A stretch of DNA of 64,000 nt from positions 513,177 through 577,176 of the forward strand of contig OZ251569.1 in assembly GCA_965243595.1 (NCBI GenBank), given 5' to 3'. The notes below the pieces were generated by a model that ran no database searches, was not told the origin of the DNA, and worked only from the letters and a program-made list of their open reading frames with translations. This document shows positions 56,571 to 64,000 of this stretch, one piece after another. Numbering within the stretch: position 1 is the first letter of the stretch; every line of letters begins with the position of its first letter. Source of the DNA: Thermodesulfobacteriota bacterium (GTDB taxonomy: Bacteria > Desulfobacterota_D > UBA1144 > Nemesobacterales > Nemesobacteraceae). The translations under genes were made by a program, and so were the position numbers.

Positions 56571-57860
56571 ATGTCCGATTTCACCGTGAAGGAAAAGCCC
56601 TGGGTCTTTCGGGGAGAAGCTACTCCCCCCGGGGACAAGTCCGTTTCCCACAGGGCCCTTCTGCTGGGAGCCCTGGCGGAGGGAACGACCCGCGCGCGGG
56701 GATTTCTCGTTTCGGCCGACACCATGGCGACGGCCGCGGCGCTCGAAGAAATGGGCGTCGGGATAAGGATCGCCCCCGGGTCGGCCGAGATCTCCGGAAG
56801 GGGGCTTTTCGGGCTGCGCGCCCCGCGTGGGGCGCTCGACGCGGGAAACTCCGGGACCACCGCGAGGCTGCTCGCCGGAATACTCAGCGCCCAGGATTTT
56901 TCCTCGACGATAACCGGCGACGCGTCGCTTCGCCGCCGTCCCATGTCGCGTGTCGCGGTTCCGCTTCGCCTGATGGGCGCCCGCGTCTCGGGGGAGGGAG
57001 ACTTTCTTCCGCTCGAGATCGAGGGGACGAAGCTTCGGGGCGCGACCTACTCTCCTCCCCAGGCGAGCGCGCAGGTGAAGTCCGCCGTCCTTCTGGCCGG
57101 GCTCCACGCCGAGGGCGAGACGACCGTGGCGGAGAAAGTGGCCACGAGGGACCACACCGAGAGAATGCTCCGCCACTTCGGAGTCGGCGTCTCGGTCGTC
57201 GGAAACGAGGTCTCGGTCTCCCGTCCCCGGCCGTTCCGCGGGGCGGACCTCGAGATTCCCGCCGACATGTCCTCCGCGGCGTTTTTCATCGTGGCGGCGG
57301 CCGTGAACCCGGGTTCCGAGGTGCTTCTGCGGAACGTGGGAGTGAATCCCCTGCGCACGGGCGTTCTCGACGTTCTTCGGGAGATGGGCGCGGACGTCTC
57401 GGTCGAGAACCGCGGGGAGATCTGCGGGGAGCCCGTGGCGGACATCGTCGCCCGCCACGGGCCGCTTCGCGCCGTCCGGGTAGACGGAGAACTGGTGTCG
57501 CGCGCGATAGACGAGCTTCCCGCGGTCGCCGTCGCCGCGTGCTTCGCCGAGGGAGAGACGGTGATAGCCGGGGCGGGGGAGCTTCGGGTGAAGGAAAGCG
57601 ACAGGATAAGCGCGATGGCCGGGGAGCTCCGCTCGCTCGGGGCGGACGTGAGGGAACTGCCCGACGGAATGGCGATAAGCGGCGCGGAGGACGTCCGCGG
57701 CGGGCGGTGCCGCTCGCGCGGCGACCACAGGGTCTGCATGTCCCTGGCCGTCGCGGCCACCCGGGCGCGGGAGGAGACGGTCGTCGAGGACGCGCGGTGC
57801 GCGGACGTCTCCTTTCCCGGGTTCTTCGAGACCTTCTCCGCCCTAGGGGGCGGGAGATGA
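56571..57860 (+). CDS. aroA: 3-phosphoshikimate 1-carboxyvinyltransferase (EPSP synthase) AroA
   Basis: 'GDKSVSHRALLLGALAEGTT' and 'GNSGTTARLLAG'. Confidence 0.9.
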   Translation: MSDFTVKEKPWVFRGEATPPGDKSVSHRALLLGALAEGTTRARGFLVSADTMATAAALEEMGVGIRIAPGSAEISGRGLFGLRAPRGALDAGNSGTTARLLAGILSAQDFSSTITGDASLRRRPMSRVAVPLRLMGARVSGEGDFLPLEIEGTKLRGATYSPPQASAQVKSAVLLAGLHAEGETTVAEKVATRDHTERMLRHFGVGVSVVGNEVSVSRPRPFRGADLEIPADMSSAAFFIVAAAVNPGSEVLLRNVGVNPLRTGVLDVLREMGADVSVENRGEICGEPVADIVARHGPLRAVRVDGELVSRAIDELPAVAVAACFAEGETVIAGAGELRVKESDRISAMAGELRSLGADVRELPDGMAISGAEDVRGGRCRSRGDHRVCMSLAVAATRAREETVVEDARCADVSFPGFFETFSALGGGR

Positions 57861-58531
57861 AGGGAGAGGACACCATAATCACCATAGACGGACCCGCGGG
57901 AGCGGGCAAGAGCACGGTCTCGCGCCTGGTGGCCGACGCCCTGGGGTTTTCCTGTCTCGACACGGGAGCCATGTACAGGGCGCTGGCCCTCAAGGCGGGC
58001 CGCGAGGGGACGGACTTTCGCGACCCGCAAGCGCTCGGCGCGCTGCTTCGCGAGACGGCCGTGGGGTTTTCCCGGGACGGAAGGGTTCTTCTCGACTCGC
58101 GCGACGTCTCGGGCGAGATAAGGACCGCGGAGGTCTCGGCCCTCTCCTCCGAGCTCGCAGCGCTCGGGCAGGTGAGGGAGTTTCTCGTCGCCGTCCAGAG
58201 AAAGATGGGCGAGTCGGGACGTCTCGTCGCCGAGGGCAGGGACACGGGAACGCACGTCTTTCCCGGGGCCGCGCACAAGTTCTACCTCGACGCCCCGCCC
58301 GGCGAGAGGGCGAGGAGGAGGTCCGGCCAGGACGGCCCCGCGGGCCGGGACGTCGGGGAAACGGAGAGGGATATCCGCGAGCGGGACCGCCGCGACGTCC
58401 TCCGGAAACGCAATCCGCTCCGCCCCGCTCCCGACGCCGTGGTGATAGACACCGCCGGGCTCGACGCCCGGGGGGTCGCCCGCGAGATACTCCGCCGCGC
58501 GGCCTCCCTCCGTCCCCGGGACGGAGAATGA
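57857..58531 (+). CDS. cmk: Cytidylate kinase Cmk
   Basis: 'ITIDGPAGAGKSTVSRLVADALGFSCLDTGAMYRA'. ATGA overlap with aroA. The listed longer ORF is an Arg-rich read-through. Confidence 0.85.
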   Translation: MKGEDTIITIDGPAGAGKSTVSRLVADALGFSCLDTGAMYRALALKAGREGTDFRDPQALGALLRETAVGFSRDGRVLLDSRDVSGEIRTAEVSALSSELAALGQVREFLVAVQRKMGESGRLVAEGRDTGTHVFPGAAHKFYLDAPPGERARRRSGQDGPAGRDVGETERDIRERDRRDVLRKRNPLRPAPDAVVIDTAGLDARGVAREILRRAASLRPRDGE

Positions 58532-58628
58532 CCACTCCCCGCCGTTTTCCCCGCTTTATTTTTGGCGGTTTTCGTGTACCCTGTTGCCTTCAAGCACCCA
58601 GAACACTGACACAAGGCGGCCGACGGAC

Positions 58629-60344
58629 ATGATTCAGGAAAACCAGACGACGGATTCTGACGAAAAGAGCTTCGAGGAACTGCTCGACGAGAGCATGAAA
58701 ACGCGCCTGAGCGAGCCCGAAAACGGCGAGCTCGCCACGGGCAGGGTGATAAGGGTCGATTCCGACTCCGTCTTCATAGACCTCGGGTTCAAGTTCGAGT
58801 GCATGATCCCCATAGGCCAGTTTGCGAAAAAGGACGGGGAGTACGAGGTGGCCGTGGGTTCGGAGATAGAGGTGCTGGTCGAGCGGCCGAATCCCGGCAC
58901 GGTGCGGGCGTCGAAGCAGAAGGCCGACGCGCTTCGGGAAAGAAAGGCCATCGAGGAGAAGTTCAGAAACGGAGAGCCGGTGAGCACGAGGATCCTCAAG
59001 CGGATCAAGGGCGGCTTTTCCTGCGACATAGGCACGGGCGCGTCGTTCAAGGTGTTTCTTCCCGGCTCCCAGGTCGCGCTTCGTCCCATCGGGGACTTCG
59101 ACCGGATGGTGGGGCAGACCATAGAGACCCGCATAATCCAGAACAACGACAACGGCGTCGTGGTGTCGCGCAGGGTCATCCTCGAGGAGGAGAGGGAGGA
59201 GAAGAGGAAGCGGACGCTGGCCACCATAGCCGAGGGCCAGACGGTCCCGGGACGCGTGGTGAAGATAATCGACACCGGGGCCTTCGTCGACATAGGCGGC
59301 ATGGAGGGATTCGTTCCCATAGGAGAGATTTCCTGGGGAAGGGTGAGACATCCCGGCGACGTTCTGAGCGAGGACCAGGAAGTAGAGGTGAAGATACTGA
59401 AGCTCGAGATGGAAAGCGGGAAGATGACCCTGGGCGTGAGGCAGACCACCGAGGATCCGTGGGAGAACGTCGCGCGGAAATACTCGGCCGGCGACAGGGT
59501 CAGGGGAAAGGCGGTCTTCGCGGCGGACTTCGGCGTGTTCGTCGAGCTCGAGCCCGGGGTGGAGGGACTCGTGCACGTGAGCGAGCTTTCGTGGCTCAGG
59601 AACTTCCGCCATCCCGGCGAGGTGGTCTCGGCCGGAAGCGAGCTCGAGGTGGCCGTTCTGGCGGTCAAGCCCGGGGAGAGGAGAATTTCCCTGAGCCTCA
59701 AGCAGATACAGAAAAATCCCTGGGACGAGTTTCGCGACGCCCATCCCCCCAACACCAGGATCACGGGCACCGTGAGGAACGTCACGGACATAGGCGTGTT
59801 CGTCGAGGTCGCTCCGGACATGGTGGGACTGGTCCGTCCCGAGAACATAAGGTGGGACGGCGACGCGGACCCGCGGGAGGCGTTCGGAAGCTCCGACATA
59901 GGAAAGGAGATAGAGGTCGCGGTGCTCAACGTCATCCCCAGGCAGAGAAAGATAGGGCTCGGAATAAAGCAGCTCGCCCCGGATCCCTGGAACAAGGTGC
60001 TCAGAAGCTACAGGGTGAACGAAAGCGTGGTCACTTCCACCGTGGAGGAAATACTGGACGCCGGAGTCGCGGTGGCGCTCGAGGACGGCGTGCGGGGCTT
60101 TTTCGCCGCCCGCGAGTTTCGGGGAGAGGGAGGGGAGGCGGGACACCGCTCCCTCAGGGCGGGAGACGAGATAAGCGGCCTGGTCACGGGGTTCAACAAG
60201 CCCAAGCACCAGGTCAACCTCAGCGTGAGAAGACTCGAGAAGAAGCGCGAGAAGGAGACCATGAAGAACTTCGCGTCTTCGGGCGCGGACGGCTCCTTCA
60301 AGCTCGGGGACATACTGGACGAAAAACTGAAGGCCCTCGACTAG
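58629..60344 (+). CDS. rpsA: 30S ribosomal protein S1
   Basis: Six S1 domains ('GRVV.I.D.GAFVD.GG..GFV...E.S'). Confidence 0.9.
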   Translation: MIQENQTTDSDEKSFEELLDESMKTRLSEPENGELATGRVIRVDSDSVFIDLGFKFECMIPIGQFAKKDGEYEVAVGSEIEVLVERPNPGTVRASKQKADALRERKAIEEKFRNGEPVSTRILKRIKGGFSCDIGTGASFKVFLPGSQVALRPIGDFDRMVGQTIETRIIQNNDNGVVVSRRVILEEEREEKRKRTLATIAEGQTVPGRVVKIIDTGAFVDIGGMEGFVPIGEISWGRVRHPGDVLSEDQEVEVKILKLEMESGKMTLGVRQTTEDPWENVARKYSAGDRVRGKAVFAADFGVFVELEPGVEGLVHVSELSWLRNFRHPGEVVSAGSELEVAVLAVKPGERRISLSLKQIQKNPWDEFRDAHPPNTRITGTVRNVTDIGVFVEVAPDMVGLVRPENIRWDGDADPREAFGSSDIGKEIEVAVLNVIPRQRKIGLGIKQLAPDPWNKVLRSYRVNESVVTSTVEEILDAGVAVALEDGVRGFFAAREFRGEGGEAGHRSLRAGDEISGLVTGFNKPKHQVNLSVRRLEKKREKETMKNFASSGADGSFKLGDILDEKLKALD

Positions 60345-60366
60345 ACCCCGGGCCGCGGGCGTCGCC

Positions 60367-61248
60367 TTGAACCACTTCCTGAAAACTTTCCTCTGCGTAC
60401 TCGTCGTTCTCTTCGCCGTCTCGGTCGGGATCGGAATCGGGGCGCTGGTTTCGGGAGGGACGGGCGATTTCGACCGCCCGGGCGTGGCGGTCGTGAACGT
60501 CGAGGGAGTGATACTCGATTCCGCTCCCTACCTCGAAAGCATAAGGCGGATACGCGCGGACGATTCCGTGAAGGCCGTGGTGGTGAGGATAAACTCTCCC
60601 GGCGGGGCCGTAGCCTCCTCCCAGGAGATCTACGAGGAGATAAGAAGGCTCGGCGAGGACGTGCCCGTGGTGGCGAGCATGGGAACCGTGGCCGCCTCGG
60701 GAGGCTACTACGTGGCCTGCGCGGCCGCCGGCATCTACGCCAATCCCGGGACCGTGACCGGAAGCATCGGCGTCATAGCCCGGTTCGCCAACTACGAACA
60801 GCTGCTCGAGTGGGCGAGGATAGACGTCGAGGTGATAAAGAGCGGAAGGATGAAGGACGCGGGTTCCCCGCTGCGGGAGATGTCCGGGGAGGAAAGGGCG
60901 TATCTCCAGGGGCTGATGGACGAGGTGCACGAGCAGTTCAAGGAGACGGTGGCGGCCGCCAGGGGGCTCGACCGCGAGCGGGTCGCCTCGCTTTCCGACG
61001 GAAGGATAGTGACGGGAGCCACGGCCGTGGGGCTCGGGCTCGTGGACGGGACGGGAACCCTGGAGACCGCCCTCGCCGAAGCGAGAAGGCTGGGCGGCCT
61101 GGAAGACGACGCCCCCGCGGTGGAGTACCCCAGAAAGAGGCATCCCCTGCTCGAGCTCCTCTCTCCCGAAAGCTCCGCGCGCCGTCTCTTCGCCTCTCCC
61201 GCCCGGACGGGCTTCGGCCTTTTCTACCTGGCGGGCGCGTCCCACTAG
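60367..61248 (+). CDS. sppA: Signal peptide peptidase SppA (36K type)
   Basis: 'AVVVRINSPGGAVASSQEI' and 'GTVAASGGYYVACAA...GSIGV'. Confidence 0.85.
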   Translation: MNHFLKTFLCVLVVLFAVSVGIGIGALVSGGTGDFDRPGVAVVNVEGVILDSAPYLESIRRIRADDSVKAVVVRINSPGGAVASSQEIYEEIRRLGEDVPVVASMGTVAASGGYYVACAAAGIYANPGTVTGSIGVIARFANYEQLLEWARIDVEVIKSGRMKDAGSPLREMSGEERAYLQGLMDEVHEQFKETVAAARGLDRERVASLSDGRIVTGATAVGLGLVDGTGTLETALAEARRLGGLEDDAPAVEYPRKRHPLLELLSPESSARRLFASPARTGFGLFYLAGASH

Positions 61249-61349
61249 CCCCGCCCGGCGCGATTGTCATTCCCCGCGAAAACTGATATTCTAGGACCGG
61301 ACGGCCGGGGCGGCCGCGGAAGCTCCCCGGAACGTTTTTCGGACGGCCC

Positions 61350-61739
61350 ATGAAGCACGTAAGAAGATTCTTTCTCGTTCTGCTGATCGGTTTTCTGGCG
61401 ATCTTCTATTTCCAGAACCGCCAGACGGTCGGCCTCATGTTCACGCAGGTGTTTCCGTTCAGGCTGGACCTTCCGTTCGTCGACGAGTTCGGCCCCGTGG
61501 GAATCTACAACGCCGGCCTGCTGGGAGCCTCGCTCGCGCTCGGCGCGCTCGCGGTTTCGCTTCTGGGCCTTTTCAGAGGCGCGTCGAGCCGCTCGAAGCT
61601 CAGGCGCAGCGGGGAAACCGTGAAGGACCTCGAACGCAAGGTCGAAGAGCTCGAGAAAAAGCTTCTGGAGCAGAAGGTCGAGCGGCTGAGCGAGAAACCC
61701 GCCGCCCCCGGGACGGGGATGTTCCAGGCCCCGAAATGA
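61350..61739 (+). CDS. LapA-domain (DUF1049) inner-membrane protein
   Basis: Two transmembrane helices followed by a coiled-coil 'KDLERKVEELEKKLLEQK'. Confidence 0.55.
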   Translation: MKHVRRFFLVLLIGFLAIFYFQNRQTVGLMFTQVFPFRLDLPFVDEFGPVGIYNAGLLGASLALGALAVSLLGLFRGASSRSKLRRSGETVKDLERKVEELEKKLLEQKVERLSEKPAAPGTGMFQAPK

Positions 61740-62740
61740 GCCTTCCCCCCCGCGAAGCGGATTCCCGGAAACCCCTCCCGGGGTTTCGCCGAAAGCCCCC
61801 GTGGATAAAGGCCAGGATCCCGGGCGGAGAGAACTACTCGAGGCTTCGGGGGCTTGTGCGCGAACTCGGCCTTCACACCGTCTGCGAGGAGGCCAGATGC
61901 CCTAACATAGGGGAGTGCTGGGGGGCGGGCACCCTCACCTTCATGATTCTCGGCGACGTCTGCACGAGGAGCTGCGGCTTCTGCCACGTGAAGACCGGAC
62001 GGGGAGGGCCGATCGACCTGGAAGAGCCGGGGCGGGTGGCCGAAGCCGTGGCGCGCCTTCGGGAAAACGACGCGCGCGTGTCCCACGTGGTCGTCACTTC
62101 GGTGAACAGGGACGACAGGAACCTCGAGAGCGCCCGCGTCTTCGCCCGAACGGTAAGGGAGATAAGAAGGACCTCGCCGGGCGTGAGGATAGAGGTCCTG
62201 GTTCCCGACTTCAAGGGAGAGGCGGAGGCGATAGGGGAAGTCGTGGACTCCGCTCCCGACGTCTTCAACCACAACGTGGAGACCGTTCCCAGACTCTATT
62301 CCCTGCCGCAGAGAACCGCCACGGGAAAGACGAGGTCGGTGAGGCCCCAGGCGGTCTACCGAAGGTCCCTCGACCTGCTCTCGAAGGCCGGCAGGGAGGG
62401 CCCGGAGGGGATGCTCGTCAAGTCGGGCGTCATGGTGGGTCTCGGGGAGACCTGCGAGGAGCTTCTGGGGACGCTCGAGGACCTCGGGGACGCGGGATGC
62501 GACATAGTGACCGTGGGACAGTACCTGCAACCGACCGCCGACCACATACCGGTGTCGCGGTTCTATCATCCCGTCGAGTTCGAGTCGCTGAAAAGCTACG
62601 GGGAGAAGGTTCTGGGAATTTCCCGCGTGGAGTCGGGACCTCTCGTGCGAAGCTCCTACCACGCCGGGAGGCAGGCCGCGGAGCTCTCCGCCCCGCCCGC
62701 CGCCCCCGTTGCCGAGGCGGCTTCGGCTCTCAGCCGATAA
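61736..62740 (+). CDS. lipA: Lipoyl synthase LipA
   Basis: 'CEEARCPNIGECW' and radical-SAM 'CTRSCGFCHV'. Confidence 0.9.
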   Translation: MSLPPREADSRKPLPGFRRKPPWIKARIPGGENYSRLRGLVRELGLHTVCEEARCPNIGECWGAGTLTFMILGDVCTRSCGFCHVKTGRGGPIDLEEPGRVAEAVARLRENDARVSHVVVTSVNRDDRNLESARVFARTVREIRRTSPGVRIEVLVPDFKGEAEAIGEVVDSAPDVFNHNVETVPRLYSLPQRTATGKTRSVRPQAVYRRSLDLLSKAGREGPEGMLVKSGVMVGLGETCEELLGTLEDLGDAGCDIVTVGQYLQPTADHIPVSRFYHPVEFESLKSYGEKVLGISRVESGPLVRSSYHAGRQAAELSAPPAAPVAEAASALSR

Positions 62741-63851
62741 GTTCTGCTATCTCCCCGGCCAGGGCTTCGAGCCGCTCTTTCGGGATTTCGTATTCCTCGG
62801 AAATTCTCCTCGCGTCCTCCCGCGAGAGCCTCGCGCCCCGTCCTTTTTCGATCACGGGCTCCCGTCCCCTCCTGTCGAGAAGGAGCTTCGCCACGTCCCA
62901 CCTCGAGTAGTGGCCCAGAGAGTCGAACACGGCCTTGACGGCCTTTATCTGGTTGGCCCAGCAGTCGGCGTACAGTATCTCGTCCTTCCCGAAGACGGGT
63001 CCCGCCAGGTATCTCCCCGCGGGGTTCACTATGGAACTTCCCCCCGCCGCCCAGTCGTAGTTCACGTGGTCTCCGTCGCGCACGCCGCTCCATCTTTCGG
63101 GAAAGTCCCCGGGCCCGAGCCGTCCGCACGCGCTGAGCACGAAGGCGCCCGCCTCGAACGCGTGAACCCTGACGAGCGACTGCACGTTGCAGCCCGCCCC
63201 GAGATTTTCCGTGTCGGGGGCGAGCAGCTTTTCGTCCCCCCTCTTCCAGTTCCCCGGCCACACGGCCGCGTGAAAGTCCGCCCCGCTGTAGACCATGGCG
63301 GCCCTCACGAGCACCATGTGGTTCTCCCAGCATATCAGGCCGCCGATTCTTCCTATGTCGGTGTCGTAGGCGGCAAGGTCGCTTCCGTCGCCCTGGCCCC
63401 AGTAGATTCTCTCCGTGTAGGTGGGCATGAGCTTCCTGTGCCTGCCCAGCACCCTGCCCTCGCGCGATATGAAGAGAAGGGAGTTGTAGACGGTGCGGCT
63501 TCCCTTGCGGCCGGAGAGCTCGTTGCATCCCATGACCAGGTGCAGGTCCGCCGCGCGGGCCGCTTCGGCGAGCGCCGCGGTCTCCTCGCCCGGAATCACG
63601 ATCGAGTTGTCCTGGAGGGCGATCATGAAGTCCGTCCACTCGTGGGCGCCCGTCTCGTAGCCCACCGTGTAGTAGGCTGGATAGCACGGAATGAACGCCT
63701 CGGGAAACACCAGGAGCTCCGCCCCGCCTTCCCCCGCCTCCCTTACGATCCGCAGGGCCTTTTCGAGGGTTTTCCCCTTGTCCATGAAAACGGGGCTCGC
63801 CTGGGCGACCGCCGCTCTCACCTTCTCCCTTCCGCCGAGAACCTTTTTCAT
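62730..63851 (-). CDS. Nitrilase / carbon-nitrogen hydrolase family protein
   Basis: 'LLVFPEAF' (Glu), 'HRKLMP' (Lys) and 'ICWENH' (Cys) catalytic-triad contexts. Confidence 0.8.
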   Translation of the reverse strand: MKKVLGGREKVRAAVAQASPVFMDKGKTLEKALRIVREAGEGGAELLVFPEAFIPCYPAYYTVGYETGAHEWTDFMIALQDNSIVIPGEETAALAEAARAADLHLVMGCNELSGRKGSRTVYNSLLFISREGRVLGRHRKLMPTYTERIYWGQGDGSDLAAYDTDIGRIGGLICWENHMVLVRAAMVYSGADFHAAVWPGNWKRGDEKLLAPDTENLGAGCNVQSLVRVHAFEAGAFVLSACGRLGPGDFPERWSGVRDGDHVNYDWAAGGSSIVNPAGRYLAGPVFGKDEILYADCWANQIKAVKAVFDSLGHYSRWDVAKLLLDRRGREPVIEKGRGARLSREDARRISEEYEIPKERLEALAGEIAELIG

Positions 63852-63870
63852 GGAACCGCCGCCGCAGACC

Positions 63871-64000
63871 CTAGGTTATTATCCTGCCGCCCGGCGGCTC
63901 GTCGCCGCCGCCGGCGGCCTTGCTCCGGTTCTGCTTGGCCCTTCTGTAGATGAGTTCGAACAGCCTTTCCTTGAAGTCGTTGTCGAAGGCGCACACGCTC
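63871..64000 (-). CDS. 3' end of an unidentified gene running off the window
   Basis: Open frame 'SVCAFDNDFKERLFELIYRRAKQNRSKAAGGGDEPPGGRIIT*'. Only 43 codons are visible. Confidence 0.2.
   Translation of the reverse strand, partial: SVCAFDNDFKERLFELIYRRAKQNRSKAAGGGDEPPGGRIIT

Noticed and set aside
57047-60209. Long minus-strand ORFs (409, 330, 539, 453 aa) antisense to aroA, cmk and rpsA
   Set aside because: These are antisense to highly conserved housekeeping genes and have no motifs. They are high-GC artefacts.

Overview
This is a high-GC (~65%) Gram-negative-type bacterial window (TolC, MlaD, LapA, outer-membrane beta-barrel genes). It splits into two parts.

**Accessory island, ~1–33.7 kb.** Gene content is defence, toxin-antitoxin and mobile genes. 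It holds a 5'-truncated STAND NTPase with a HEAT-repeat giant protein, an OLD-family ATPase/TOPRIM nuclease with an unknown 387-aa partner and a 71-aa leader ORF, and an IetAS-like AAA ATPase plus S8 peptidase pair. It also holds a ParB-HTH/ParB-HTH/metallo-beta-lactamase operon, a small GIY-YIG protein, nested IS elements (an IS1182-family element inserted at an IS4-like transposase remnant), a frameshifted TcmP with a DUF5131 (Gp37/Gp68) partner, a CapRel-like RelA/SpoT toxSAS (toxic small alarmone synthetase), an XhlA-like/HTH pair, an orphan TolC, an ankyrin-repeat protein and a DUF3800 protein. Several paralogous gene fragments, shared 5' cassettes and a thrice-repeated ~135-aa domain of unknown function are scattered through it.

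**Core housekeeping region, ~33.8–64 kb.** This carries purH, mlaD, gtrA, murQ-anmK-nagZ with a Na+/solute symporter, nuoI-like, fused accA-accD, iscA, pepP-like, mazG, apgM, DUF2237, aroA, cmk, rpsA, sppA, lapA, lipA and a nitrilase. Three small low-GC insertions interrupt it: a HicB-like gene plus a Panacea/MazF-like PanAT pair next to tRNA-Gly(CCC); HigB with an HTH-ImmA/IrrE fusion; and a Panacea-domain gene whose candidate toxin is split by an IS30 element with 26-bp inverted repeats.

No CRISPR array or rRNA was seen. All calls rest on motif reading of the supplied ORF translations, with no database searches.
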